Shown: positions 10,126 to 19,197 of the stretch, in pieces
Layout of the letters: each line of letters starts with the position of its first letter
Numbering within the stretch: position 1 is the stretch's first letter
Program-made: the position numbers and the translations under genes
DNA from: Altererythrobacter sp.
Lineage (GTDB): Bacteria; Pseudomonadota; Alphaproteobacteria; Sphingomonadales; Sphingomonadaceae
DNA: 64,000 nt
Reading direction: 5' to 3'
Assembly (NCBI GenBank): GCA_017308255.1
Contig: JAFKFN010000017.1
Span: forward strand, 11,386-75,385
The notes under the pieces: generated by a model
The model's input: only the letters and a program-made list of their open reading frames with translations
Databases searched by the model: none
What the model was told of the DNA's origin: nothing

Positions 10126-10289
10126 CCCGGCATCGAGGCGCCTTGGCAGCGTGAACGGCGATGCAAATCGCCCCGGCCGCACCTCGGTTTTTTCAAGAGC
10201 TTCCCTTTTCACGCGGGTCGTTCAGACACCCGCGTTGTCGCGCGCCTATGGGCCGCGCGCTGACGCATATTTTGCGAGTTATAATCAAA

Positions 10290-11699
10290 ATGACATTTGA
10301 ATCCCTCGGGCTGTCGCAGTCCGTTCTCCAGGCGCTCGAGCTGAAGGGCTATGGAACGCCGACCCCGATCCAGGCGCAAGCCATTCCCCACGTGCTCGAA
10401 GGGCGCGACCTGCTGGGCATTGCCCAGACCGGCACCGGCAAGACCGCCGCGTTCATGCTGCCGTCGATCGATCGGCTGGTCGCTTCCGACAAGCGGCCGA
10501 AGCCGCGCTCGTGCCGCATGCTGGTACTGGCCCCGACGCGCGAGCTGGCCGGCCAGATCGCCGACAGCGCGCGCGATTATGCCAAGTTCGCCCATCTCAA
10601 GGTCGTCACCGTGTTCGGCGGCACCTCGGTCAGCCGCAACCGGCAGGACGTGGCGCGCGGGGTCGATATCCTGATCGCCACGCCGGGCCGCCTGGTGGAC
10701 TTGTGCGACCAGAAGGCGCTCGATCTCAGCCAGGTCGAAATCCTCGTGCTGGACGAGGCGGACCAGATGCTCGATCTCGGCTTCATCCACGCGCTGCGGG
10801 CGATCGTGCGCCTGCTGCCGCAGAAGCGCCAGACGCTGTTCTTCTCGGCCACGATGCCGAACGCGATCAAGCAGCTCGCTGGGCAGTACCTGTCCGATCC
10901 GACGCAGGTTTCCGTGGCGCCGCAGGCGACCACGGCCGAGCGGGTGCAGCAATACGTCTGCTTCGTCGGCCAGGCCGAAAAGCAGGCCCTGCTCACCCTG
11001 GCGCTGCGCAAGGGTCTGCATTCGGGCGAGATGGACCGCGTGCTGATCTTCACCCGCACCAAGCATGGCGCTGACCGCGTGGTGAAGAAGCTGGCCCAGT
11101 CCGGCATCCGGTCGAACGCCATCCATGGCAACAAGAGCCAGCCGCAGCGCGAACGCGCCCTGGGCGAATTCCGCCAGGGCAGCGTGCGCGTGCTGGTGGC
11201 GACCGACATCGCCGCGCGCGGGATCGACATCCCGGGCGTGAGCCATGTCGTCAATTTCGAGCTGCCCAACGTGGCCGAACAATACGTCCACCGCATCGGC
11301 CGCACCGCGCGTGCCGGGCGTGAAGGCGTGGCGATCAGCTTCTGCGCGCAGGACGAACGCGATTATCTGCGCGACATCCAGCGGCTCACCCGCGTGACCC
11401 TGGACCAGGTGCCGCTGCCCGAAGGGCTGCGCGCCGAGGTGGAGATCGTCGCCAAGCATGTGGAGCCTGTTCGCGGCCCGCGTCCCCAGCCGCGCCGCAA
11501 CGGCGGCGGCGACCGGCGCGACAAGCGCACCGAAGCCCAGCGCGACGCGCGCGGCGAAGCCCGCGTGGAACCGCGCAGCGGCCATGGGGACCGGCGCAAG
11601 GCGCACGGTGCCGGCAGCGCCCATCCGGGCGGCAACGCCGGCAACCGCCGCCGCCGCAACCGTGGCGGCCGCCCGGGCGGCCAGCGGGCGCAGGCATGA
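10290..11699 (+). CDS. DEAD-box RNA helicase (RhlE-like)
   Basis: Q motif PTPIQ, AQTGTGKT, PTRELA, DEAD, SAT, HRIGRTARAG, RG-rich tail. Confidence 0.96.
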   Translation: MTFESLGLSQSVLQALELKGYGTPTPIQAQAIPHVLEGRDLLGIAQTGTGKTAAFMLPSIDRLVASDKRPKPRSCRMLVLAPTRELAGQIADSARDYAKFAHLKVVTVFGGTSVSRNRQDVARGVDILIATPGRLVDLCDQKALDLSQVEILVLDEADQMLDLGFIHALRAIVRLLPQKRQTLFFSATMPNAIKQLAGQYLSDPTQVSVAPQATTAERVQQYVCFVGQAEKQALLTLALRKGLHSGEMDRVLIFTRTKHGADRVVKKLAQSGIRSNAIHGNKSQPQRERALGEFRQGSVRVLVATDIAARGIDIPGVSHVVNFELPNVAEQYVHRIGRTARAGREGVAISFCAQDERDYLRDIQRLTRVTLDQVPLPEGLRAEVEIVAKHVEPVRGPRPQPRRNGGGDRRDKRTEAQRDARGEARVEPRSGHGDRRKAHGAGSAHPGGNAGNRRRRNRGGRPGGQRAQA

Positions 11700-11707
11700 G
11701 CTGCCTT

Positions 11708-11737
11708 TCGTCATCCCCGCCTGCGTGGGGATGACGA
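11708..11737. repeat. CGTC-type REP palindrome
   Basis: TCGTCATCCCCGC-CTGC-GTGGGGATGACGA hairpin. Confidence 0.8.
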
Positions 11738-11814
11738 GGGTTCGGATTTGACGGGCGCGGTTGCCGATCGCGCCCGCGGCCGCCATATCGCCCCGCACAG
11801 ACGGGAGCTTGCGC

Positions 11815-13158
11815 ATGGCCGATTACGATTACGACCTCTTCACGATCGGCGCCGGCTCCGGCGGGGTCCGGGCCAGCCGCGTAGCGGCTGCGCACGGTGC
11901 GAAAGTGGCGGTGGCGGAGGAGCATCGGGTCGGCGGCACCTGCGTGATCCGTGGCTGCGTGCCCAAGAAGATGCTGGTCTATGGCGCCCATTTCGCCGAG
12001 GACCTGCAGGATGCACGCGCCTTCGGCTGGACGGTGGAGAACTGCACGTTCGACTGGAAGGTGCTGCGCGACAACGTGCTGAAGGACGTGGACCGGCTGA
12101 ACGGCCTCTACACCCAGACGCTGGAAAACCATAAGGTCGAGATCATCCACCAGCGGGCGACCGTCACGGGCCCGAACGAGGTGACGCTGGCCGACGGCCG
12201 CAAGGTGACGGCCAAGTATATCCTCATCGCCACGGGCGCGCGGCCGCATGTCCCGGGCTGCCCGGGCCACGAGCACGGCATCACCTCCAACGAGGCGTTC
12301 CATCTCGATGCCTTGCCCAAGCGCATCCTGATCGCCGGCGGCGGCTATATCGCCAATGAATTCGCCGGCATCTTCAACGAGTTCGGCACCAGCGTGACGA
12401 TCATCAACCGGTCCGACCAGTTGCTGCGCGGCTATGACGAGCAGCTGCGCGACCGGCTGCTGCAGATATCGATCACCAAGGGAATCGATTTCCGCTTCAA
12501 GGCGGAGTTCCGCGGCATCGAGAAGCTGGAGAGCGGCGCGCTCAAGGTGTCGATGACCAATCATGACGATCTGGAAGTCGATTGCGTGATGTTCGCCACC
12601 GGCCGCCTGCCCAATACCGAGGGCCTGGGGCTGGAGGCGCTCGGCGTCGAACTGGGCGAGCGCGGGTCGATCAAGGTCGATCGCTTCAGCAAGTCCAGCG
12701 TGGACAGCATCTATGCGGTGGGCGACGTGACCGATCGCATCCAGCTGACCCCGGTGGCGATCCGCGAAGGGCAGGCCTTTGCCGACACCCTGTTCGGCAA
12801 CAAGCCGACCACGGTGGATTACAACCATGTTCCCAGCGCCGTGTTCAGCCACCCGCCGATGTGCGGCGTGGGGATGACGGAAAGCCAGGCCCGCAACGAA
12901 CTGGGCGCGATCCGGGTCTATACCTCGGACTTCCGGCCGATGAAGAACGTGCTCGCCGGCCGTAACGAACGCAGCCTCTACAAGATGATCTGCGACGAGG
13001 CGGACAAGGTGGTCGGCATCCACCTGCTCGGCCCGGATGCGCCGGAAATCCTCCAGGCCGCGGCGGTGGCGGTGAAGGCCGGGCTGACCAAGGCCGACTT
13101 CGACGCGACCGTGGCGATCCACCCCACCATGGCGGAAGAACTGGTGCTGATGCGGTAG
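11815..13158 (+). CDS. gor: Glutathione-disulfide reductase
   Basis: [19 protein letters not shown] redox disulfide, C-terminal IHPTMAEE. Confidence 0.96.
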   Translation: MADYDYDLFTIGAGSGGVRASRVAAAHGAKVAVAEEHRVGGTCVIRGCVPKKMLVYGAHFAEDLQDARAFGWTVENCTFDWKVLRDNVLKDVDRLNGLYTQTLENHKVEIIHQRATVTGPNEVTLADGRKVTAKYILIATGARPHVPGCPGHEHGITSNEAFHLDALPKRILIAGGGYIANEFAGIFNEFGTSVTIINRSDQLLRGYDEQLRDRLLQISITKGIDFRFKAEFRGIEKLESGALKVSMTNHDDLEVDCVMFATGRLPNTEGLGLEALGVELGERGSIKVDRFSKSSVDSIYAVGDVTDRIQLTPVAIREGQAFADTLFGNKPTTVDYNHVPSAVFSHPPMCGVGMTESQARNELGAIRVYTSDFRPMKNVLAGRNERSLYKMICDEADKVVGIHLLGPDAPEILQAAAVAVKAGLTKADFDATVAIHPTMAEELVLMR

Positions 13159-13187
13159 GCTCCGCACGGGCGGAGGCCTCTTAGACA

Positions 13188-13276
13188 CTCGTCATTGCGA
13201 GGAGCGAAGCGACGAAGCAATCCAGGGGCGGCGCCCGCATCGCCCTGGATTGCTTCGCTACGCTCGCAATGACGAG
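13188..13276. repeat. CGTC-type REP doublet (REPIN-like)
   Basis: CGTCATTGCGAG...GAAGCAATCCAG / CTGGATTGCTTC...CTCGCAATGACG inverted pair. Confidence 0.88.
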
Positions 13277-13305
13277 ACTGGGACTGGGACTGGGACTGGG
13301 ACTGG
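13276..13305 (+). repeat. (GACTGG)x5 tandem repeat containing a (GGGACT)3GGG G-quadruplex motif
   Basis: Read directly; GGG runs start at 13280, 13286, 13292 and 13298. Confidence 0.9.
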
Positions 13306-13384
13306 CGGCTGGCCGCTCGCTCGGGGAAGGATTGGCAACGGGCCTGTGCGGTTCTACCCCTTTCCCACGCAGCAGGGAGAGCGC

Positions 13385-14911
13385 ATGTCCGCCAACATCG
13401 AGGAGCTTGAACGCCGCCGCGCCGCCGCCAGGCTGGGCGGGGGCGAGAAGCGGATCGCGGCGCAGCATGCCAAGGGCAAGCTGACCGCGCGCGAGCGGAT
13501 CGCCGTGCTGCTCGACGAAGGCAGCTTCGAAGAGCTCGACATGTATGTCGAGCACGACGCGGTCGATTTCGGGATCGACCGGCAGCGTATCCCCGGCGAT
13601 GGCGTGGTCACCGGCAGCGGCACGATCGACGGGCGGCTGGTCTTCGTGTTCAGCCAGGATTTCACCGTGTTCGGCGGATCGCTGTCCGAACGGCACGCGC
13701 AGAAGATCTGCAAGATCATGGACATGGCGATGAAAGTCGGCGCGCCGGTGATCGGGCTGAACGACAGCGGCGGCGCGCGCATCCAGGAAGGCGTCGCCAG
13801 CCTTGCCGGCTATGCCGAGGTGTTCCAGCGCAACGTGCTGGCGAGCGGGGTGATCCCGCAGCTCTCGCTCATCATGGGGCCGTGCGCGGGCGGGGCGGTC
13901 TATTCCCCGGCAATGACGGACTTCATCTTCATGGTGAAGGATTCGAGCTACATGTTCGTCACCGGGCCGGAAGTGGTCAGGACGGTCACTAATGAAGTGG
14001 TCACGCAGGAGGAACTGGGCGGGGCGATCACCCACACCACCCGCACGGGCGTGGCCGACGTGGCGTTCGAGAACGATATCGAGGCGCTGATGGCCGCCCG
14101 CGCCTTCATCAGCCTGCTGCCCGCGAACAACCGCAGCGGCGTGCCCGAATTGCCGAGCGACGATCCGTGGGACCGCCTGGAGGACAGCCTCGACACCCTG
14201 ATCCCTGCCAATGCCAGCCAGCCTTACGACATGCACGAGCTGGTGCGCAAAGTGCTGGATCATGGCGAGTTCTTCGAAATCCAGCCGGCGCATGGGGCGA
14301 ACATCATCTGCGGACTGGGCCGCGTCGAAGGGCGCACGGTGGGCGTGGTGGCCAACCAGCCCACGGTGCTGGCCGGCGTGCTGGACATCAACGCCAGCCG
14401 CAAGGCCGCGCGCTTCGTGCGCTTCTGCGATGCCTTCGGCATACCGATCGTGACGTTCGTGGACGTGCCCGGCTTCCTCCCTGGCACGGCGCAGGAGCAT
14501 GGCGGGATCATCAAGCATGGCGCCAAGCTGCTGTTCGCCTATGCCGAGGCGACCGTGCCCAAGATCACCGTGATCACCCGCAAGGCCTATGGCGGGGCCT
14601 ATGACGTCATGGCGTCAAAGCACTTGCGCGGCGACTTGAACTACGCCTGGCCCACCGCCGAGATTGCGGTGATGGGCGCCAAGGGCGCGGTGGAGATCAT
14701 CTTCCGCGGGCTTTCGCCGGAGGAAATCGCCGAGAAGACACAGGAGTACGAAGAGCGCTTCGCGAACCCGTTCGTGGCGGCTTCACGCGGCTATATCGAC
14801 GAGGTGATCTATCCGCACTCCACCCGGAAACGGATCGTGCTGGGGCTGCGGAAGCTGCGGGGGAAGCAGTTGGAGAACCCGTGGAAGAAACATGATAATC
14901 TACCGCTTTAA
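13385..14911 (+). CDS. pccB: Acyl-CoA (propionyl-CoA) carboxylase beta subunit
   Basis: [49 protein letters not shown] end. Confidence 0.95.
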   Translation: MSANIEELERRRAAARLGGGEKRIAAQHAKGKLTARERIAVLLDEGSFEELDMYVEHDAVDFGIDRQRIPGDGVVTGSGTIDGRLVFVFSQDFTVFGGSLSERHAQKICKIMDMAMKVGAPVIGLNDSGGARIQEGVASLAGYAEVFQRNVLASGVIPQLSLIMGPCAGGAVYSPAMTDFIFMVKDSSYMFVTGPEVVRTVTNEVVTQEELGGAITHTTRTGVADVAFENDIEALMAARAFISLLPANNRSGVPELPSDDPWDRLEDSLDTLIPANASQPYDMHELVRKVLDHGEFFEIQPAHGANIICGLGRVEGRTVGVVANQPTVLAGVLDINASRKAARFVRFCDAFGIPIVTFVDVPGFLPGTAQEHGGIIKHGAKLLFAYAEATVPKITVITRKAYGGAYDVMASKHLRGDLNYAWPTAEIAVMGAKGAVEIIFRGLSPEEIAEKTQEYEERFANPFVAASRGYIDEVIYPHSTRKRIVLGLRKLRGKQLENPWKKHDNLPL

Positions 14912-14923
14912 CCTTGCGGCAGT

Positions 14924-15016
14924 CCGTCACCCTGAACTCGTTTCAGGGTCCATCTCTCCATCCACGCTGACATGGCAGGTCGTGAAATGGATGCTGAAAC
15001 AAGTTCAGCATGACGG
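14924..15016. repeat. CGTC-type REP doublet, third sequence variant
   Basis: CGTCACCCTGAACTCGTTTCAGGGT ... ATGCTGAAACAAGTTCAGCATGACG. Confidence 0.8.
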
Positions 15017-15028
15017 GGTTGGAGGGGA

Positions 15029-15487
15029 GTGGCGAAAACAATCTTCACCATTGGCTATGAACAGGCGACGCAAGCTGCGGTCCTTTCGGCGCTGCGTGAG
15101 GCGCGAGTGGAGGTAGTAGCGGACATCCGTTACCTGCCGCTTTCCCGCCGGCCGGGATTTTCCAAGAGTCCGCTGAGGGCCGCGGTGGAGGAGGCGGGGA
15201 TGGCGTATCGCCATTTCCGCCATGTCGGGACGCCGCCCGAAGGACGCGCGGCGGCGCGGCGGGGGGATCGGGAGACGTTGCGGCGGGTTTATGCGGGGCA
15301 GCTCGAATTGCCGGAGGCGCTGGCGCATATGGCCGAGTTGCGGCAGGTTGCGCTGGAGAAGCGGACTTGCCTGCTGTGCTATTGCCGTGAGGCCGACGAT
15401 TGCCATCGCGCGCTGCTGATGGAGGCGCTTTTCGCGGATTTCGAACGGGTGGATCTGACGCCGGACCTGGTCGGGACGCGTGAATAA
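15029..15487 (+). CDS. DUF488 family protein
   Basis: IFTIGYE start, ADIRYLPLSRRPGFSK, LLC-x7-CHR. Confidence 0.9.
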   Translation: MAKTIFTIGYEQATQAAVLSALREARVEVVADIRYLPLSRRPGFSKSPLRAAVEEAGMAYRHFRHVGTPPEGRAAARRGDRETLRRVYAGQLELPEALAHMAELRQVALEKRTCLLCYCREADDCHRALLMEALFADFERVDLTPDLVGTRE

Positions 15488-15488
15488 T

Positions 15489-15529
15489 TTCGTCATTGCG
15501 AGGAGCTTCGCTCCGCTCGCAATGACGAA
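15489..15529. repeat. Short CGTC-type REP palindrome
   Basis: TTCGTCATTGCGAG-GAGCTTCGCTCCG-CTCGCAATGACGAA. Confidence 0.85.
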
Positions 15530-15550
15530 GGTGGGGGTGGATGCGGGATT

Positions 15551-16951
15551 TTACGCCGCCGGCGCGCTCGCCGTCGCCTCGCCCATCAGGCGCTTGGCCA
15601 GCAGCAGCTTGAACGCCAGGAACGCCACCAATCCCACCGCCGATGTCGCGACGTGGAACAGCCAGAAGCTGACCGTGTCCCAGGTGGAATACCAGCCGCC
15701 GACATGGCCGATGATCTGGTTGGCGAGGAAGAACGCCAGATAATAGATGCCCACCACCGTGGCGTTGATCTGGCGCGGGGCGAGGCGGGTGAACAGGGCC
15801 AGGCTCACCGGCAGGATGTGGGCGAAGCCGATCGAATTGAACAAGTGGAACATGACCGGCCAGAACAGGCCGATCTTGGCATCTCCCTGCGTGGCCGCCG
15901 CGATGACCAAGCACAGGCCGCCGATCACCGTGAACACGCTGCCGATGACCATCTTGCCCAATTCGTCAGGCTCGGTGCCCTTGCGGTCGGAATACCATTT
16001 CCAGAACGCCACCACCGCCAGCAGCATCGAGAAGCTGAGCGCGGCGTCGATCGCCGTCATCCAGGTGGTGGGAATGCGATAATCGAAGAAAGTGAGCTGG
16101 AACTGCTCGTCCGCCCAGACGAGATAGGCGTTGAAGATCTCCTGATTGGTCAGCAGCGCGATGGCCATGATCGGCACCAGCACCAGCACCGCCGCGATCC
16201 GCATCCAGTCGTTGCGAGTGAGCTTGTCGCGGGGGGTGGATACGTTCTTCACCGGCCGGTTGTCCGGCGGCAGATAAGGACCGGCGGCGAGATAGGTCAC
16301 GACGCCCAGGACCATGACGATACCGGCCGTGCCGAAGCCGTAGTGCCAGCCGACTTTCTCCCCCAGCGTCCCGGTGACGAAGGGGGCGACGATCACGCTC
16401 ATCTGGATGGCGATGTAGAAGATCTGGAAGGCCATGGCGCGGCGCAGGTCGCCATCCTTGTAAAGCTCGCCCACCTGGCTGGCGATGTTGCCCTTGAACA
16501 GGCCGACGCCGACGATCAGCGTCAGCAGCGCGAAGATGAAGCTGCCTTCGAACGCCATCAGGAAGTGGCCGATGGCCATGACGATGCCGCCCGCGATCAG
16601 GGTGGCGCGGCGGCCGAGCCAGCGATCCGCCAGCAGCCCGCCGATGATCGGCGTGAGGTAGACCAGCGAGGTGTAATCGCCGAAGATCGCCGAGGCGAGC
16701 GGCTGCCCTTCCGCGCCGCCATATCGCACTTGTTGCAGCCAGCCGAGCCCGATCACCTGGCCGAACCGTTCCGGCAGCAGGTAATTGACCATGTAGAGCA
16801 CGAGCAGGTTCTGCATCGAATAGTACGAGAACCGCTCGCACCATTCGACCGCCGAGAGATAGGCGAGGCCCTTCGGATGGCCGAAGAACGCGCGATCGGC
16901 GCGGTCGCGGGTTTCGAAGTCCAGCTCGGGCGTCGCTTCGGCTACGGTCAT
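15551..16951 (-). CDS. POT/PTR family peptide:H+ symporter
   Basis: FFGHPKGL, EWCERFSYY (ExxERF), GLFKGNIASQVGELY. Confidence 0.93.
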   Translation of the reverse strand: MTVAEATPELDFETRDRADRAFFGHPKGLAYLSAVEWCERFSYYSMQNLLVLYMVNYLLPERFGQVIGLGWLQQVRYGGAEGQPLASAIFGDYTSLVYLTPIIGGLLADRWLGRRATLIAGGIVMAIGHFLMAFEGSFIFALLTLIVGVGLFKGNIASQVGELYKDGDLRRAMAFQIFYIAIQMSVIVAPFVTGTLGEKVGWHYGFGTAGIVMVLGVVTYLAAGPYLPPDNRPVKNVSTPRDKLTRNDWMRIAAVLVLVPIMAIALLTNQEIFNAYLVWADEQFQLTFFDYRIPTTWMTAIDAALSFSMLLAVVAFWKWYSDRKGTEPDELGKMVIGSVFTVIGGLCLVIAAATQGDAKIGLFWPVMFHLFNSIGFAHILPVSLALFTRLAPRQINATVVGIYYLAFFLANQIIGHVGGWYSTWDTVSFWLFHVATSAVGLVAFLAFKLLLAKRLMGEATASAPAA

Positions 16952-17063
16952 GCAGATCCCCGGGATAGTCTCGTTTGCGACGAAACTAGCGCGGCGGGGG
17001 AGGGTTGTCGCCTGCCTTCGTCAGGCGTGGATGTGGATAGAAGAGGGAGGACGTACTGCTTCT

Positions 17064-17291
17064 TTCGTCATCCCGCGGAGGCGGGGCCCAAGGCGACTGA
17101 GCGCCGCAGCGCTTTTTCGCCAGACCACGATCACCTGTCCTTGAATCGTCATTGCGAGCGTAGCGAAGCAATCCAGGGCGGCAGGGTAATACGCCCTGGA
17201 TTGCTTCGCTACGCTCGCAATGACGAGTGTTGGACGAGTGTTGGACTGAAGGCGATCGTGCGCCAGGTTCTCGTTTCGCGGGAATGACGAA
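17064..17291. repeat. Nested REP structure: outer CGTCATCCCGCG/CGCGGGAATGACG pair enclosing an inner doublet at 17147-17225
   Basis: Inner element nearly identical to those at 13188 and 21070; tandem GAGTGTTGGAC x2 at 17225-17246. Confidence 0.85.
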
Positions 17292-17310
17292 GCGTTGCGG
17301 CAGCAAGGGC

Positions 17311-18420
17311 TTAACTCCCCTGCAATTCCGCGTCGAGGAACGCGGCCACGTCGTCCAGCGACACCGCCTTGTCCAGGAACGCCTCCCCGATGCCATGCAG
17401 GAGGACGAAGGGCAGGGTGCCGGCATCCATCTTCTTGTCGTGCAGCATGTGATCGGCGAGCGCGCGGCCGTTGCAGTTGAGGCCGAGCGTGGAGATGGCG
17501 CTGGGCAGCCCGGCGGCGGCGATGGCCCCGGCGACGCGGTCCGCATCGGCAGCGGTGATATAGCCCCGCCGGGCGGAGTAGCGCGCCGCCAGCACCATGC
17601 CTAGCGCCACCCCTTCGCCATGCAGCAAACGGTCGGAAAAGCCGGTCTGCGCCTCCAGCGAATGGCCGAAGGTATGGCCCAGGTTGAGCAGGGCGCGCTT
17701 GCCGGTGGTCTCCCGCTCGTCCTCGGCCACGATGCGGGCCTTGGCCTTGACGCTTTCGGTGACGGCGTATTCCTGCGCCTCGGCATCGCCGGCGAGCACG
17801 GCGGGGCCGTGGCCCTCGCACCATTCGAAGAACGCCGTGTCGCCCAGGATGCCGTACTTGATGACCTCGGCATAGCCGGCGCACATTTCGCGCAGGGGCA
17901 GGGTGGCCAGCGCGCCGAGATCGGCCAGCACCAGGCTGGGCTGGTGGAACGCGCCGACCAGGTTCTTGCCGGCGCTGGTGTTGATCGCCGTCTTGCCGCC
18001 TACGCTGCTGTCCACCTGGGCCAGCAAGGTGGTGGGAAGCTGGATGAAGCCGCAGCCGCGCTTGAGGATCGCCGCGGCGAAGCCGGTGAGATCGCCGATC
18101 ACCCCGCCGCCCAGCGCCAGAATGTGATCGCCGCGCTCCACCTCTTCGGCCAGCAGCCAGTCCATCACCTTTTCCAGCACGGCCCACGACTTGGCGCCTT
18201 CGCCGGGTTCCAGCACCATCCAGCGCGGTTCGAACCCGGCGGAGACCAGTGCCGCCTGCACCGTGTCGCGCCAATGCGCCGCGACGTTGGAATCGGTCAC
18301 GATCGGTACGCGCTGCTTGCGCAGCAGCTTGCCGCATTGCGCCGGCAGATCGGCCAGCAGGCCGCCGCCCACGCGCACTTCATAAGCGCGGCCGGCGAGT
18401 TCGACAGGGATCACAGCCAT
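17311..18420 (-). CDS. aroB: 3-dehydroquinate synthase
   Basis: GGGVIGDL, PTTLLAQVDSSVGGKT, LNLGHTFGH. Confidence 0.97.
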   Translation of the reverse strand: MAVIPVELAGRAYEVRVGGGLLADLPAQCGKLLRKQRVPIVTDSNVAAHWRDTVQAALVSAGFEPRWMVLEPGEGAKSWAVLEKVMDWLLAEEVERGDHILALGGGVIGDLTGFAAAILKRGCGFIQLPTTLLAQVDSSVGGKTAINTSAGKNLVGAFHQPSLVLADLGALATLPLREMCAGYAEVIKYGILGDTAFFEWCEGHGPAVLAGDAEAQEYAVTESVKAKARIVAEDERETTGKRALLNLGHTFGHSLEAQTGFSDRLLHGEGVALGMVLAARYSARRGYITAADADRVAGAIAAAGLPSAISTLGLNCNGRALADHMLHDKKMDAGTLPFVLLHGIGEAFLDKAVSLDDVAAFLDAELQGS

Positions 18421-18980
18421 GCGTCGAGTGCCTGCAGGATACGGGAGACGGTTTCGCCATGCGGGCCTGTGTCGCTGGTCACCCTGATCGGCGCTTCGGC
18501 ATAAGCGGGCTCCCGCTCCGCCTTGAGGCGGGCGACGGTTTCCGGGAGATCGCCGCCGCGCAGAAGCGGGCGGTGGTCCCGGCGGCTCACCCGATCGACC
18601 AGGGTCTTCACGTCGCAGTCCAGCCATATCGGCAGGCCGCGTTCCAGGATCATGGCCCGCGTATCGGGCTGGACGAAGGCGCCGCCGCCCGTTGCCAGCA
18701 CGCGTGGCGGGTTTTCCAGCAGCCGGGCGATCACGCGCCGCTCTCCATCGCGGAAATAAGGCTCGCCAAAACTGTCGAAGATCTCGCTCACGCTCATCTG
18801 CGCGGCTTCCTCGATCTCGTCGTCGGCATCGGCGAAAGGCAACGCGAGCAGCTGGGCCAGCTTGCGGCCGATGGTGGACTTGCCGACCCCCATCATGCCG
18901 ACCAGCACGATAGGCCGGTCGATCCGGGCGGCCAGGGCGCGGATTTCGCTGTCGCTGAGGGTACGGGCGTCGATGGTCAT
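18411..18980 (-). CDS. aroK: Shikimate kinase
   Basis: GMMGVGKST Walker A, GEPYFRDGE, ATGGG, RPLL; the track ORF extends spuriously upstream. Confidence 0.95.
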   Translation of the reverse strand: MTIDARTLSDSEIRALAARIDRPIVLVGMMGVGKSTIGRKLAQLLALPFADADDEIEEAAQMSVSEIFDSFGEPYFRDGERRVIARLLENPPRVLATGGGAFVQPDTRAMILERGLPIWLDCDVKTLVDRVSRRDHRPLLRGGDLPETVARLKAEREPAYAEAPIRVTSDTGPHGETVSRILQALDAWL

Positions 18981-19050
18981 TGCCGCAAGCGCTATAGATG
19001 CGCTAGTCGCCCTTGCAAGTTCGGTTGAAGGGTTGACCAATACGGTGGCG

Positions 19051-19197
19051 ATGAGCCGCAAGACGATCCGGCTGGTGCTCGCGGTGCTGCTGGTCCTGTT
19101 TCTCGCACTCGCGTGGTTTGACGGCGGGCGTGAGCCGCAGCGCCTGATGGAGCAGCCGGTGGACCTGCCCCCGGCGCTGCAGGAGGCGGCACGATGA
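19051..19197 (+). CDS. 48-aa single-TM protein
   Basis: MSRKTIRLVLAVLLVLFLALAWFDGG; ATGA overlap with the next gene. Confidence 0.7.
   Translation: MSRKTIRLVLAVLLVLFLALAWFDGGREPQRLMEQPVDLPPALQEAAR

Noticed and set aside
13250-13384. N-terminal extensions of pccB (also xerD from 21144 and gor from 11761)
   Set aside because: Track starts fall in or next to REP/G4 repeats; better SD-ATG starts lie downstream
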